A stretch of DNA of 64,000 bases from the IMG/VR virus record IMGVR_UViG_3300044693_000272; one strand, given 5' to 3'. This stretch comes from a virus (lineage: Duplodnaviria > Heunggongvirae > Uroviricota > Caudoviricetes). Position 1 is the stretch's first letter. Each line of letters opens with the position of its first letter. The notes under the pieces were generated by a model that was not told where the DNA came from, searched no databases, and worked only from the letters and a program-made list of their open reading frames with translations. Below are positions 28,620 to 36,186 of the stretch, piece after piece. The position numbers and the translations under genes were made by a program.

Positions 28620-29051
28620 TTACTTGTTGTCCCAAGGAGTTGGTGAAGGAACAACAGCATTTTCTGGTGCATCAACTTCAATGCTACCAAAATCTGCTGG
28701 TGAACAAATTTCCAAGTACTCCATGTCAGGCGAGTAATCATACAAATAATGTACTAGCCCAGGAACTTGATGTACTACATCGCCTGCTTCAACAAGCGTT
28801 ACTTGATCGCCGTACATGAACTTGGCCCAGCCTTTGTTCATTACAACAATCTGAAAATCTAAAATATGTCGGTGCCAACCAGTACCTTCAAAAGGTGGTT
28901 TGTTAGCTTTCACCAAATGTGCAATGACTTTACCATCAGTTGCGTCCTTGATACCGAGATCCTTATACAGGAAGAAATCGCGCAGACCATCACCTTTCCA
29001 TTCAGTGTCAGCTGGCTTGATGTGTGAAAATTTCATGGGGTCTAACCTCAA
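28620..29051 (-). CDS. cupin-domain protein
   Basis: GWHRHILDFQ, GWAKF.Y, GD.VHQ.PG..H. Confidence 0.9.
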   Translation of the reverse strand: MRLDPMKFSHIKPADTEWKGDGLRDFFLYKDLGIKDATDGKVIAHLVKANKPPFEGTGWHRHILDFQIVVMNKGWAKFMYGDQVTLVEAGDVVHQVPGLVHYLYDYSPDMEYLEICSPADFGSIEVDAPENAVVPSPTPWDNK

Positions 29052-29097
29052 AAGTTGATGCTATAATTATAAGCAACTTGGTTAGAACCACAATATT

Positions 29098-29172
29098 TGG
29101 TGCGTCCTACAGGAATTGAACCTGTATCCAACTCTTAGGAGGAGCTTATTCTATCCATTGAACTAAGGACGC
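29098..29172 (-). tRNA. trnR: tRNA-Arg(CCT)
   Basis: loop CTCCTAA, CCA. Confidence 0.95.
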
Positions 29173-29178
29173 GGTATT

Positions 29179-29532
29179 TCAACTAATCACTTGTTCAAGT
29201 TTATTCCACACATCATCATACAACACATGGTGCTTGGATCCGTCTTCTAGTTCGATCGGAACTGCTTTGCTACCAAGACCAGCCATACCCACAACATCAC
29301 CAGGAATAACCATTTTCCCGGTTACTTTGATCATAGTCCGCGCGGGAATAGTTGCAATCACGTTATCCGTAACGTTGCCATCAGCATCTTTCTTGGAAGC
29401 TTGGTGATAAATCCCCACACGCACTGGAATCTCTTTCTTAGTCACCCAGACTGTGCCTTTCTTTAGCAAAGCACGAATACCACCGGCCATGATTTTCTCC
29501 ATAGGAAAATCATATGATACGATAGCATTCAT
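29179..29532 (-). CDS. hypothetical protein
   Basis: 117 aa ORF between tRNAs. Confidence 0.7.
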   Translation of the reverse strand: MNAIVSYDFPMEKIMAGGIRALLKKGTVWVTKKEIPVRVGIYHQASKKDADGNVTDNVIATIPARTMIKVTGKMVIPGDVVGMAGLGSKAVPIELEDGSKHHVLYDDVWNKLEQVIS

Positions 29533-29549
29533 TCTGCATCAAGCAAAAC

Positions 29550-29624
29550 TGGTACCCGCAGGTGGAATCGAACCACCGACCTACGGCATGTCAAGCCGTT
29601 GCGCTACCGCTACGCTATACGGGT
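29550..29624 (-). tRNA. trnV: tRNA-Val(GAC)
   Basis: loop TTGACAT, CCA. Confidence 0.95.
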
Positions 29625-29632
29625 ATTGAAAC

Positions 29633-29706
29633 TGGTGCCCCATGGCGGAATTGAACCACCATCACCTGACTACGAAACAGGTATTCTACCATTAAACTAA
29701 TGGGGC
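29633..29706 (-). tRNA. trnT: tRNA-Thr(CGT)
   Basis: loop TTCGTAG, CCA. Confidence 0.92.
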
Positions 29707-29714
29707 ATAAAACT

Positions 29715-29788
29715 TGGCGTGCCGTACGGGAGTCAAACCCGTCTTCTCACCGTGAAAGGGTGATGTCCTATCGATAGACGAACGACAC
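29715..29788 (-). tRNA. trnE: tRNA-Glu(TTC)
   Basis: loop CTTTCAC, CCA. Confidence 0.93.
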
Positions 29789-29796
29789 ATGAATTC

Positions 29797-29870
29797 TGGA
29801 GCCCTAAGTGAGAATCGAACTCACATTTCCGGAGTACAAAACCGGTGTTCTACCATTAAACTAAAAGGGC
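29797..29870 (-). tRNA. trnT: tRNA-Thr(TGT)
   Basis: loop TTTGTAC, CCA. Confidence 0.92.
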
Positions 29871-29872
29871 GA

Positions 29873-29948
29873 TGGCGTCGGTACGGAGAATCGAACTCGC
29901 GATCCGCGGATTGAAGGTCCGCTATTCTAACCATTAAACTATACCGAC
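29873..29948 (-). tRNA. trnE: tRNA-Glu(TTC), C33
   Basis: stem GCGGA/TCCGC, loop CCTTCAA, G73-CCA. Confidence 0.8.
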
Positions 29949-29953
29949 AAAAC

Positions 29954-30071
29954 TGGTTGATATTTTAAGTGCTATCCAATTACACCACAGAGGGGCTCAT
30001 CTCCTCCGCCAGGGTTCGAACCTGGACCTTTCATTTCTCAGATGATTAAAATAAATTTGCTGAAATCAACC
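29954..30071 (-). ncRNA. YrlA-like circularly permuted tRNA-mimic RNA
   Basis: GGTTGAT-TTCAGCAA..T arm (CCAGGTTCGAACCCTGG)..closed acceptor..D arm..AAAAT-ATCAACC. Confidence 0.75.
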
Positions 30072-30083
30072 TACGAGCACAAC

Positions 30084-30173
30084 TGGCAGTGGGAAGGAGA
30101 TTCGAACTCCTGGGGCCATTCCAGACCCTCCCGGCTTCCAACCAGGCGCCTTAAACCGCTCAGCCATCCCACT
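30084..30173 (-). tRNA. trnS: tRNA-Ser(GGA)
   Basis: loop TTGGAAG, long variable arm, G73-CCA. Confidence 0.95.
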
Positions 30174-30211
30174 ATATTCTTTTCAAATCGCCAAGCCACG
30201 AAGAAAGGCGA

Positions 30212-30358
30212 TTACGAGTGTACAGCGAAACCCTCTTCACGCGTCAAGACACTAGTCTCAGGTGAGACTTCAAGTGTGGACATATGCTCAGGGAGAGCCA
30301 GAGCGAGCGTATGCTGCGGTAATGCGGTAACATGCGCGAATGTCAGCGTCGTAAGCAT
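30212..30358 (-). CDS. small ORF (48 aa, MLTTLTFAHV...), possible leader peptide
   Basis: strong SD AAGGAGAG; not in ORF track. Confidence 0.45.
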   Translation of the reverse strand: MLTTLTFAHVTALPQHTLALALPEHMSTLEVSPETSVLTREEGFAVHS

Positions 30359-30387
30359 AATGCTCTCCTTGAGAAAATGGTTAAAAG

Positions 30388-30570
30388 TTATTCTTCGTTG
30401 AGGTATTCAACGAGGGTTTCACGACTGATTTCACCAGCTATGAATTGATTTTTCAACTCATTGAACTTGCGTGCTCGATCAGCTTGGTTGTATGTAACAC
30501 CATATTCAGCTGATACTTTAGCTTGCTTATCCACGCACTGATGAATCAGGTTTACTATGTCTTGTCTCAT
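30388..30570 (-). CDS. hypothetical protein
   Basis: SD GGAGG before MRQD. Confidence 0.65.
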   Translation of the reverse strand: MRQDIVNLIHQCVDKQAKVSAEYGVTYNQADRARKFNELKNQFIAGEISRETLVEYLNEE

Positions 30571-30713
30571 ATGGCCTCCAATATTAGCCATATGATATAT
30601 TCATTGTCACTGTGAATCAATACCTGCTATTGTTCATCTGCTCTCAAACGAACAGAAGCGCATTACATAGATTCTTCACAGGCGGTCGTAATATCCGTGC
30701 CTGGCATTGCAAT

Positions 30714-30805
30714 TGGCGGTAGGGGTGGGATTTGAACCCACGGAGCTTTTTAGGACTCGCCAGTTTTCGAGGCTGGAGCAATAAACCGGACTCTGCCACC
30801 CTACC
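30714..30805 (-). tRNA. trnS: tRNA-Ser(CGA)
   Basis: loop CTCGAAA, long variable arm, CCA. Confidence 0.95.
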
Positions 30806-31098
30806 ATAAACTTCATATACTTGAATGGTGTGCTGTTACGCCAAAAGGTGCTCATGCAGACTAAAACCCAACTCCTAGTATGGAATGCACGTTGGATCTC
30901 CGCTGTTGCAAAACGCTTGCCACGGTACTCAAAGCAACCATCCCCTCGTCTCTCACTATACTGCTGTGAGTTCGTTTGAGGTGGAAATTAGGTTTCTGGG
31001 GCAAGTACCCTAATTTTACTGCTCTCCCACGTCCAACGCCCTACTCTTTAAATGATGGGTGCTACTATCCCTACATCCCGTATCAAGTTATACGAAAC

Positions 31099-31199
31099 TG
31101 GAGCCGAGTCACGGAATCGAACCGCAGCGGGTTGGACCTGGGTCACCAGAAGACCAACTCTTATTGATTCGTACCAGCAGCCTACTGGACTCTCTCGGC
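31099..31199 (-). ncRNA. atypical tRNA-like RNA (101 nt) without a pairable anticodon stem
   Basis: acceptor GCCGAG/CTCGGC-T-CCA, T arm GCGGTTCGATTCCGT, long GTTGG..CCAAC stem. Confidence 0.6.
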
Positions 31200-31200
31200 A

Positions 31201-31413
31201 TTAAAACGTTGGATTGGGCGTGTTGCTTTGATCGTCACGCTCACGAATATGAGACATGAACATACAACCTTCAACGCCACAACCACAAATAACATGAAAC
31301 GTGCGACGAATCTCGTCTGCTTCTTTCACTTCTCCACGCTTCAAACGAGAATTGAAAACTTCCTCTTCATAGCGTGCTGCTGCCATATCAACTTGTGTTA
31401 AACGTCTTCCCAT
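31201..31413 (-). CDS. hypothetical protein
   Basis: 70 aa ORF, C.CG..GC motif. Confidence 0.65.
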   Translation of the reverse strand: MGRRLTQVDMAAARYEEEVFNSRLKRGEVKEADEIRRTFHVICGCGVEGCMFMSHIRERDDQSNTPNPTF

Positions 31414-31432
31414 TTTGGGTCTCGATTATATC

Positions 31433-31526
31433 TGGCAGAGAGTATGGGATTCGAACCCATGCGGCAGTTTATCACCACCCTAACGTCTTAGCAGGACGCC
31501 CCCTTGAACCTCTTGGGTAACTCTCT
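31433..31526 (-). tRNA. trnS: tRNA-Ser(GCT)
   Basis: loop CTGCTAA, long variable arm, CCA. Confidence 0.95.
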
Positions 31527-31536
31527 ATGGTAAAGC

Positions 31537-31614
31537 TGGAGCCCAGGGCTGGATTCGAACCAGCGGTTTGACTGCTTTGCAGGCAGTTGCCTTGGACCTC
31601 TCGGCCACCTGGGC
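31537..31614 (-). tRNA. trnC: tRNA-Cys(GCA)
   Basis: loop CTGCAAA, U73-CCA. Confidence 0.95.
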
Positions 31615-31623
31615 ATTGAAACT

Positions 31624-31920
31624 TTAACTTTTGATGAAAGTTTTGAATTCATCAAAGGTTTTAAACTGTTTTGCAACATTAAAGCATTCAGCACCAACCA
31701 CCTGAGCTTTATTCGATAAATCTTGTGCTAGAACTCTAAAGGTTGCTCGTGAAGCGCTACTCCATTTACCACGAACTACGCCTGTTTTTGGAAGCCCATT
31801 GCAGGATTCCCAATACCATAGCATCAAGTCATCATACGTGTAATCGTAACCCGGATGAATTGGGCCCACAAACTTTTGTTCGTGGTTGATGAACTGTATC
31901 TGGGTCTGTGCTCTTTTCAT
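31624..31920 (-). CDS. hypothetical protein
   Basis: SD GAAGAG before MKRAQ. Confidence 0.65.
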   Translation of the reverse strand: MKRAQTQIQFINHEQKFVGPIHPGYDYTYDDLMLWYWESCNGLPKTGVVRGKWSSASRATFRVLAQDLSNKAQVVGAECFNVAKQFKTFDEFKTFIKS

Positions 31921-32001
31921 GTTCTCTTCTAGAAGATGAGGCATCGTTCCCTTTTTGTTTCGTGTGTAATAACGAATAGTTGCTTCGCTTTAAACGTAAA
32001 T

Positions 32002-32228
32002 TGGTGGATCGGACGGGAATTGAACCCGCGTAGTTTCCGCTTACCTGGGCATTACTCCAGGCCCACACATAACTTGGAAACGCGCTTCCCTTGCTGTTTA
32101 GATGCCACCTCTTTCGAGGCCGCTATAGGTGCTTCTGCAACCGTGCGTTATGTGTGACTTGCGAATGGAACCCGTTTTACCGGATCTCCTTTCATTTTAG
32201 GAGTGCTTTTCCTCTCAGCCACCGACCC
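32002..32228 (-). ncRNA. 227-nt tRNA-like RNA with Ala identity (G3.U70, A73) and large structured insert
   Basis: GGGTCGG/CCGATCC-A-CCA, D arm, GCGGGTTCAATTCCCGT T arm, 10-bp CACACATAAC/GTTATGTGTG, GAAA-capped helix followed by AACAGCAA. Confidence 0.75.
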
Positions 32229-32271
32229 ATAACCATATGATTACGTCATTTGCAGCATCAGTCAAGACAAA

Positions 32272-32685
32272 TTACAGTTCTTTCAACATCAAAGGGCCGC
32301 CGCCCGTTTGATGAAGCACTGCAAAACCATTCTTTGCATACCACTGCACAAGATCAAAACCTTCAGCTTGTGATTCAGCAGTATCGGCTATCAACAAAAT
32401 AGCCTTTGCATCTTCATATCCAACGTCGTCTATAAAACGACCAAGTAGGAAATTTCCGTAGCCTTGACCTTTGAATTCATCGTATACGTTGACATTATTC
32501 AACATTGCAATGCGCGGATACTTTGCACGAATTTCGGCGATCAACGCGTCATTATCAATACCATGCTTTGAAAACCAATTAACTATCTGGACAGCATTGC
32601 TATTTACAACGTAGCCTTCAACTGTACCTTCATCTTCTTGAAGGTTTACCACAACAGGTCGATCATACAAACTATCAGCTTTCAT
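32272..32685 (-). CDS. GNAT acetyltransferase
   Basis: NVNV.DEFKGQGYG..LL, L.QWY.K.GF. Confidence 0.8.
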   Translation of the reverse strand: MKADSLYDRPVVVNLQEDEGTVEGYVVNSNAVQIVNWFSKHGIDNDALIAEIRAKYPRIAMLNNVNVYDEFKGQGYGNFLLGRFIDDVGYEDAKAILLIADTAESQAEGFDLVQWYAKNGFAVLHQTGGGPLMLKEL

Positions 32686-32750
32686 GAGTCTTCCTTTTTC
32701 ATTTGCTTATATGATGAGGCCATTTGTGGTGTTAGTCAAGACACATTCAT

Positions 32751-32828
32751 TGGAGCGGGTAGGGAGAGTCGAACTCCGCGATCTTCAGCTTGGAAGGCTG
32801 CTGGACGCCCCTTGTCCTGTCTACCCGC
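32751..32828 (-). tRNA. trnG: tRNA-Gly(TCC)
   Basis: loop CTTCCAA, U73-CCA. Confidence 0.95.
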
Positions 32829-32835
32829 ATCAATA

Positions 32836-33039
32836 CTACTTATTGTAAGGCACACGAACCATCTTATACTTGATGAACTGCGGAACAGTGTCAACAAATT
32901 CAGTTTCGCTTGCGATCACAAACGGTTTGTCAGTAAAGAACTGAAGCTTCCGCAATAATGGATTCGCCAGTAACTTGATTGGACTGCGATGCACCCAATG
33001 CCCATCTATTTTCGTATAATACTTGTTTTTCTTTTGCAT
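32836..33039 (-). CDS. hypothetical protein
   Basis: 67 aa ORF between tRNAs. Confidence 0.65.
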   Translation of the reverse strand: MQKKNKYYTKIDGHWVHRSPIKLLANPLLRKLQFFTDKPFVIASETEFVDTVPQFIKYKMVRVPYNK

Positions 33040-33046
33040 TTATTAG

Positions 33047-33141
33047 TGGTAGTCCCCCAGGGATTCGAACCCTGCCGTTGCAGCCCATCTAGCCGCTCTC
33101 CCAGGTGTATAAGGCCCGGCCGCTCACCAAAGCTGAGGACT
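33047..33141 (-). tRNA. atypical long-variable-arm tRNA with UAU anticodon
   Basis: AGTCCTC/GGGGACT-A-CCA; 3-bp D stem; CCGGGC-CTTATAC-ACCTGG; GCGGC/GCTGC variable stem. Confidence 0.7.
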
Positions 33142-33153
33142 ACTGTAAAACTT

Positions 33154-33227
33154 TGAGCGGGCACCGGGTTTCGAACCCGGGACTACAGCATGGCAAGCTG
33201 TCGTTTTACCAACAAAACTCTGCCCGC
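33154..33227 (-). tRNA. trnG: tRNA-Gly(GCC), 3' end TCAA
   Basis: loop TTGCCAT. Confidence 0.9.
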
Positions 33228-33237
33228 ATTGTAAAAC

Positions 33238-33300
33238 TGGATAGCTTTTTAACGAGTCAAATTAACGGTTTGATGTTTTTAAGTTTGCTGCAACTATCCA
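33238..33300 (-). ncRNA. minimal Y-RNA-like stem element
   Basis: TGGATAG-TTGCAGCAAA..AAAAAG-CTATCCA. Confidence 0.65.
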
Positions 33301-33308
33301 AAACTGAC

Positions 33309-33359
33309 TGGAAGCACATGGTCATGTTGGAAAATGAATGTGATTGCTGTAGGCTTCCA
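33309..33359 (-). ncRNA. minimal Y-RNA-like stem element
   Basis: TGGAAGC-CTACAGCAAT..ATGT-GCTTCCA. Confidence 0.65.
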
Positions 33360-33380
33360 AAAACTGGGTCTAAAATGAAT

Positions 33381-33473
33381 GTGTTTTGCTCCGCGTGTGA
33401 GGATCGAACTCACCTAGCCACTGATTAACAGTCAGGCCCATGCACCAAGCTCGGGTTTCGCGGAGCAAAACAC
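33381..33473 (-). tRNA. trnN: tRNA-Asn(GTT) with 15-bp extended acceptor stem, no CCA
   Basis: loop CTGTTAA; GTGTTTTGCTCCGCG/CGCGGAGCAAAACAC perfect inverted repeat. Confidence 0.8.
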
Positions 33474-33520
33474 ACTCTAAATCATATAGCTCTACCGCTG
33501 AGCTACATCGGAACAGAAAC

Positions 33521-34054
33521 TTATGCTACAAGCCCTAGAGCCTGCAAACCAGCCTCATGGTTAGCTTGCGTTGCTGCCAGTGCTACTGGACTAGACAATT
33601 CGCTAAAAGCGCGCTCATGCCATTCTTCGTCCTTCAAAATACGTTCAAACACACTACGAATATCAGCAGGTGCTTGCTCATCAGCTGCGATAACACGGAT
33701 CCGTTCAAGTCGCATACCTTCAGCATGCGCTGCTACTGCTGATCCGGTTTCGAAATCTGTGATACCATGCAACGTTTCTTTCCAATAACGTTGCTCTGCT
33801 TGATCAATCTGACCTGCATCAACTTCAATACCACGCGAGAGGAGCAATTGCTCAACCCATTCAGCATGCTGGCGTTCTTGTGCTGCAATCGCATTCAACA
33901 CCTTTACTTGATGTTGATCGCTTGCATATTGCTCTGCAAACCGTACAATGCGATTTGAGGCTGTTACTTCACCACGCCATTGCTTCAGCAACCAATCTTT
34001 TAAAAGTGTTTCATCTGCTTTAACTGCTTGCCACCATGTTTCAGAAGTTTTCAT
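33521..34054 (-). CDS. ferritin-like (di-iron four-helix) protein
   Basis: W.GE..A, QE.QH, HAE.MRL, DEEWH (two ExxH motifs). Confidence 0.85.
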   Translation of the reverse strand: MKTSETWWQAVKADETLLKDWLLKQWRGEVTASNRIVRFAEQYASDQHQVKVLNAIAAQERQHAEWVEQLLLSRGIEVDAGQIDQAEQRYWKETLHGITDFETGSAVAAHAEGMRLERIRVIAADEQAPADIRSVFERILKDEEWHERAFSELSSPVALAATQANHEAGLQALGLVA

Positions 34055-34374
34055 ATTCAGTTGTTATTGTTATTGATTCGAATAGCAATTAACACCAGGT
34101 TTGCACATTAACGCAGTGGAGAATGGACGCCAAGTGGTGATCAATCCACTCTTCCATTCGCTCTCACGACCAACCTTGCCTAGAAGTGGGAGGCGCGTCG
34201 GGGGTTCCCGATATTTGTAAGCGACTTAACTTCTGTGTGATACACTGTCCACACTCACCTATCCCACGTGAACAAGGGCTTTACCACTTGCAGTGCAAAA
34301 GCGTCCGACCACTTCCTGACGCTAATTACTATGCAAACTATTCTACTACTCTATTGTCGTTTTGCAACTAAAAC

Positions 34375-34449
34375 TGGCAGGGGATGTAGGAATCGAACCC
34401 ACGTCTGCGGATTTGGAGACCGATATTCTAGCCATTGAACTAATCCCCT
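34375..34449 (-). tRNA. trnW: tRNA-Trp(CCA)
   Basis: loop CTCCAAA, G73-CCA. Confidence 0.93.
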
Positions 34450-34465
34450 GTTGAAACTTGGTACT

Positions 34466-34732
34466 TCAAAAATCTATATCATCGGGGTCAAACCCCCACT
34501 TGAACTGTTTATCAGTTGGCTCGCAAACTAAAAGCCGATCCTTGAATTCCAACAAAAAAGCAAGACGTTCTTGCTCAGTTGAGAATCCTAAACCAATAAT
34601 TGCAGGCGAACAGGTATGACCGTTAAACCTTACATTCTCAGCTACTAACGCTTCACTGTCGCAAATCTTTAGGCGCGCCAATATTTCATCACGTAGCTTA
34701 CCAGCTGCTGAAAGTTTAATGTTGAATGTCAT
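34466..34732 (-). CDS. hypothetical protein
   Basis: ORF between tRNAs; GFSTEQERLAFLL weakly like the FKL-family motif. Confidence 0.6.
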   Translation of the reverse strand: MTFNIKLSAAGKLRDEILARLKICDSEALVAENVRFNGHTCSPAIIGLGFSTEQERLAFLLEFKDRLLVCEPTDKQFKWGFDPDDIDF

Positions 34733-34744
34733 TGTTATTGAAAT

Positions 34745-34820
34745 TGGTAGGGCCACTCAGATTCGAACTGAGACAAACGGATTAAGAGTCCGCTGTGCTA
34801 ACCATTGACACCATGACCCC
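34745..34820 (-). tRNA. trnK: tRNA-Lys(CTT)
   Basis: loop CTCTTAA, CCA. Confidence 0.95.
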
Positions 34821-34968
34821 ATTAAATATCATTGGATGTGATCTCCATCACATCACCTGTTGATCACGATGCTGAAGCTACTTGCACATATAACGCTGAG
34901 TAGGCGTCATGCACTTTTACTTACCGTGGGTGATCAGGTTAACCACATCGAATGATACTTGTGGAAAT

Positions 34969-35045
34969 TGGTGGGGGCACTGGGATTCGAACCCAAGCCT
35001 GACGGATTAAAAGTCCGCTGTGCTAACCGCTAACACCATACCCCC
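34969..35045 (-). tRNA. trnK: tRNA-Lys(TTT)
   Basis: loop CTTTTAA, CCA. Confidence 0.95.
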
Positions 35046-35437
35046 TTAGGGTTACTACAAATTCGCCTAAGGGGGTATGAGAATTTACTTCCCAACCCCC
35101 TCAGGTTTGCCAGATTTGTCACTTGACATGACAGTCTCTCCTGAGAAAGTTAAATTAAATGTGCTGAGGTTTTCCTACTCAGCTCCGTGTCGACCTATGT
35201 CACGGAGGACAGTGCTATGAACACAAACATTTAATCATGACAGCGTAGATCATGTTTGACTAGCACGAGTTCTAAGCTGTCGCCTAGGTCGGTTTAAACT
35301 GGTGAGTAATGCCACGCAGAATGCGACAGCTTCTATCGCTAAACTACGCGTTCATGTTAATAACCCCATGAACTGGTTCAAGCACTACTCGGTTACTGGT
35401 TGCGGACGTCGGAATCTAACTGCTCCGCGACAAATAT

Positions 35438-35514
35438 TGGATGCGGAAATTGGGAGTCGAACCCATTGTCACCAGCTTATGAGACTGGTATGTAAACCGT
35501 TTCACTCTTCCGCA
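35438..35514 (-). tRNA. trnM: tRNA-Met(CAT), initiator-like body
   Basis: loop CTCATAA, GAGTGAAACGGTTTAC D arm. Confidence 0.85.
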
Positions 35515-35524
35515 ATTGAAAACT

Positions 35525-35609
35525 TGGTACCTCGGGTCGGACTCGAACCGACACTCCTTTCGGAACTGGATTTTGAGTCCAGCGCGTCTACCACTTCCGC
35601 CACCGAGGC
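35525..35609 (-). tRNA. trnL: tRNA-Leu(CAA)
   Basis: loop CTCAAAA, long variable arm, CCA. Confidence 0.95.
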
Positions 35610-35755
35610 ATTTGTAAAAAAAGCACAGGCTGCGTATATCGCGCCACGTGCAAAAAGATGTCAGCTTGCTGATCAGGAGCCCTTTTACAGACCCCCGTGG
35701 TTTTGCACCACACGCACACGTTGAACAGCTAGTTTTATGTGAGCTGACAAAAATC

Positions 35756-35838
35756 TGGTGCCCGACAAGGGACTCGAACCCTCACCCCGAAGGACTGGAA
35801 CCTAAATCCAGCGCGTATGCCAATTTCGCCAATCGGGC
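35756..35838 (-). tRNA. trnL: tRNA-Leu(TAG)
   Basis: loop TTTAGGT, long variable arm, CCA. Confidence 0.95.
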
Positions 35839-36109
35839 AATGAATACAACGCATCCCCAGCACTGCTATGGTAGGAGAAGTGGTGTGTGCCGCCCAGAAT
35901 TGCTATGGTAGGACGACCGTTGTATTGAAACACTTTTATGCAAATTGCATTGAACGACGGTATGTCGTTCTGCGTGCAATTGAACGCTTGACAGAATCAA
36001 CTACAATGCCTTTCACGATGTCAATTACGACCGCTTTGATAATACCGAGAACAAATGACCACATATTCGTTTCACTTAGTTATTATAGTTGATGTGCAAA
36101 AATGTTCAC

Positions 36110-36186
36110 TGGTTGCGGGGAGCAGGAGTCGAACCTGATGTCTTCGGCTTATGAGACCGACGTGTAAACCGTTTCACTCCCCCGCA
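36110..36186 (-). tRNA. trnM: tRNA-Met(CAT), initiator-like
   Basis: loop CTCATAA, GCGGGG acceptor, A73-CCA. Confidence 0.9.

Noticed and set aside
29873-29948. Possible UCA (Sec/opal suppressor) anticodon in CCTTCAA
   Set aside because: The 5-bp stem fixes a 7-nt loop whose centre is TTC (Glu); there is no Sec-type body.
32002-32228. Canonical tmRNA (ssrA) call
   Set aside because: Too short, has a D arm, and no recognisable tag reading frame; kept as an unclassified RNA.
35866-35915. Direct repeat TGCTATGGTAGGA x2 as a possible mini-CRISPR
   Set aside because: Only two 13-bp copies, no regular spacing and no cas genes.
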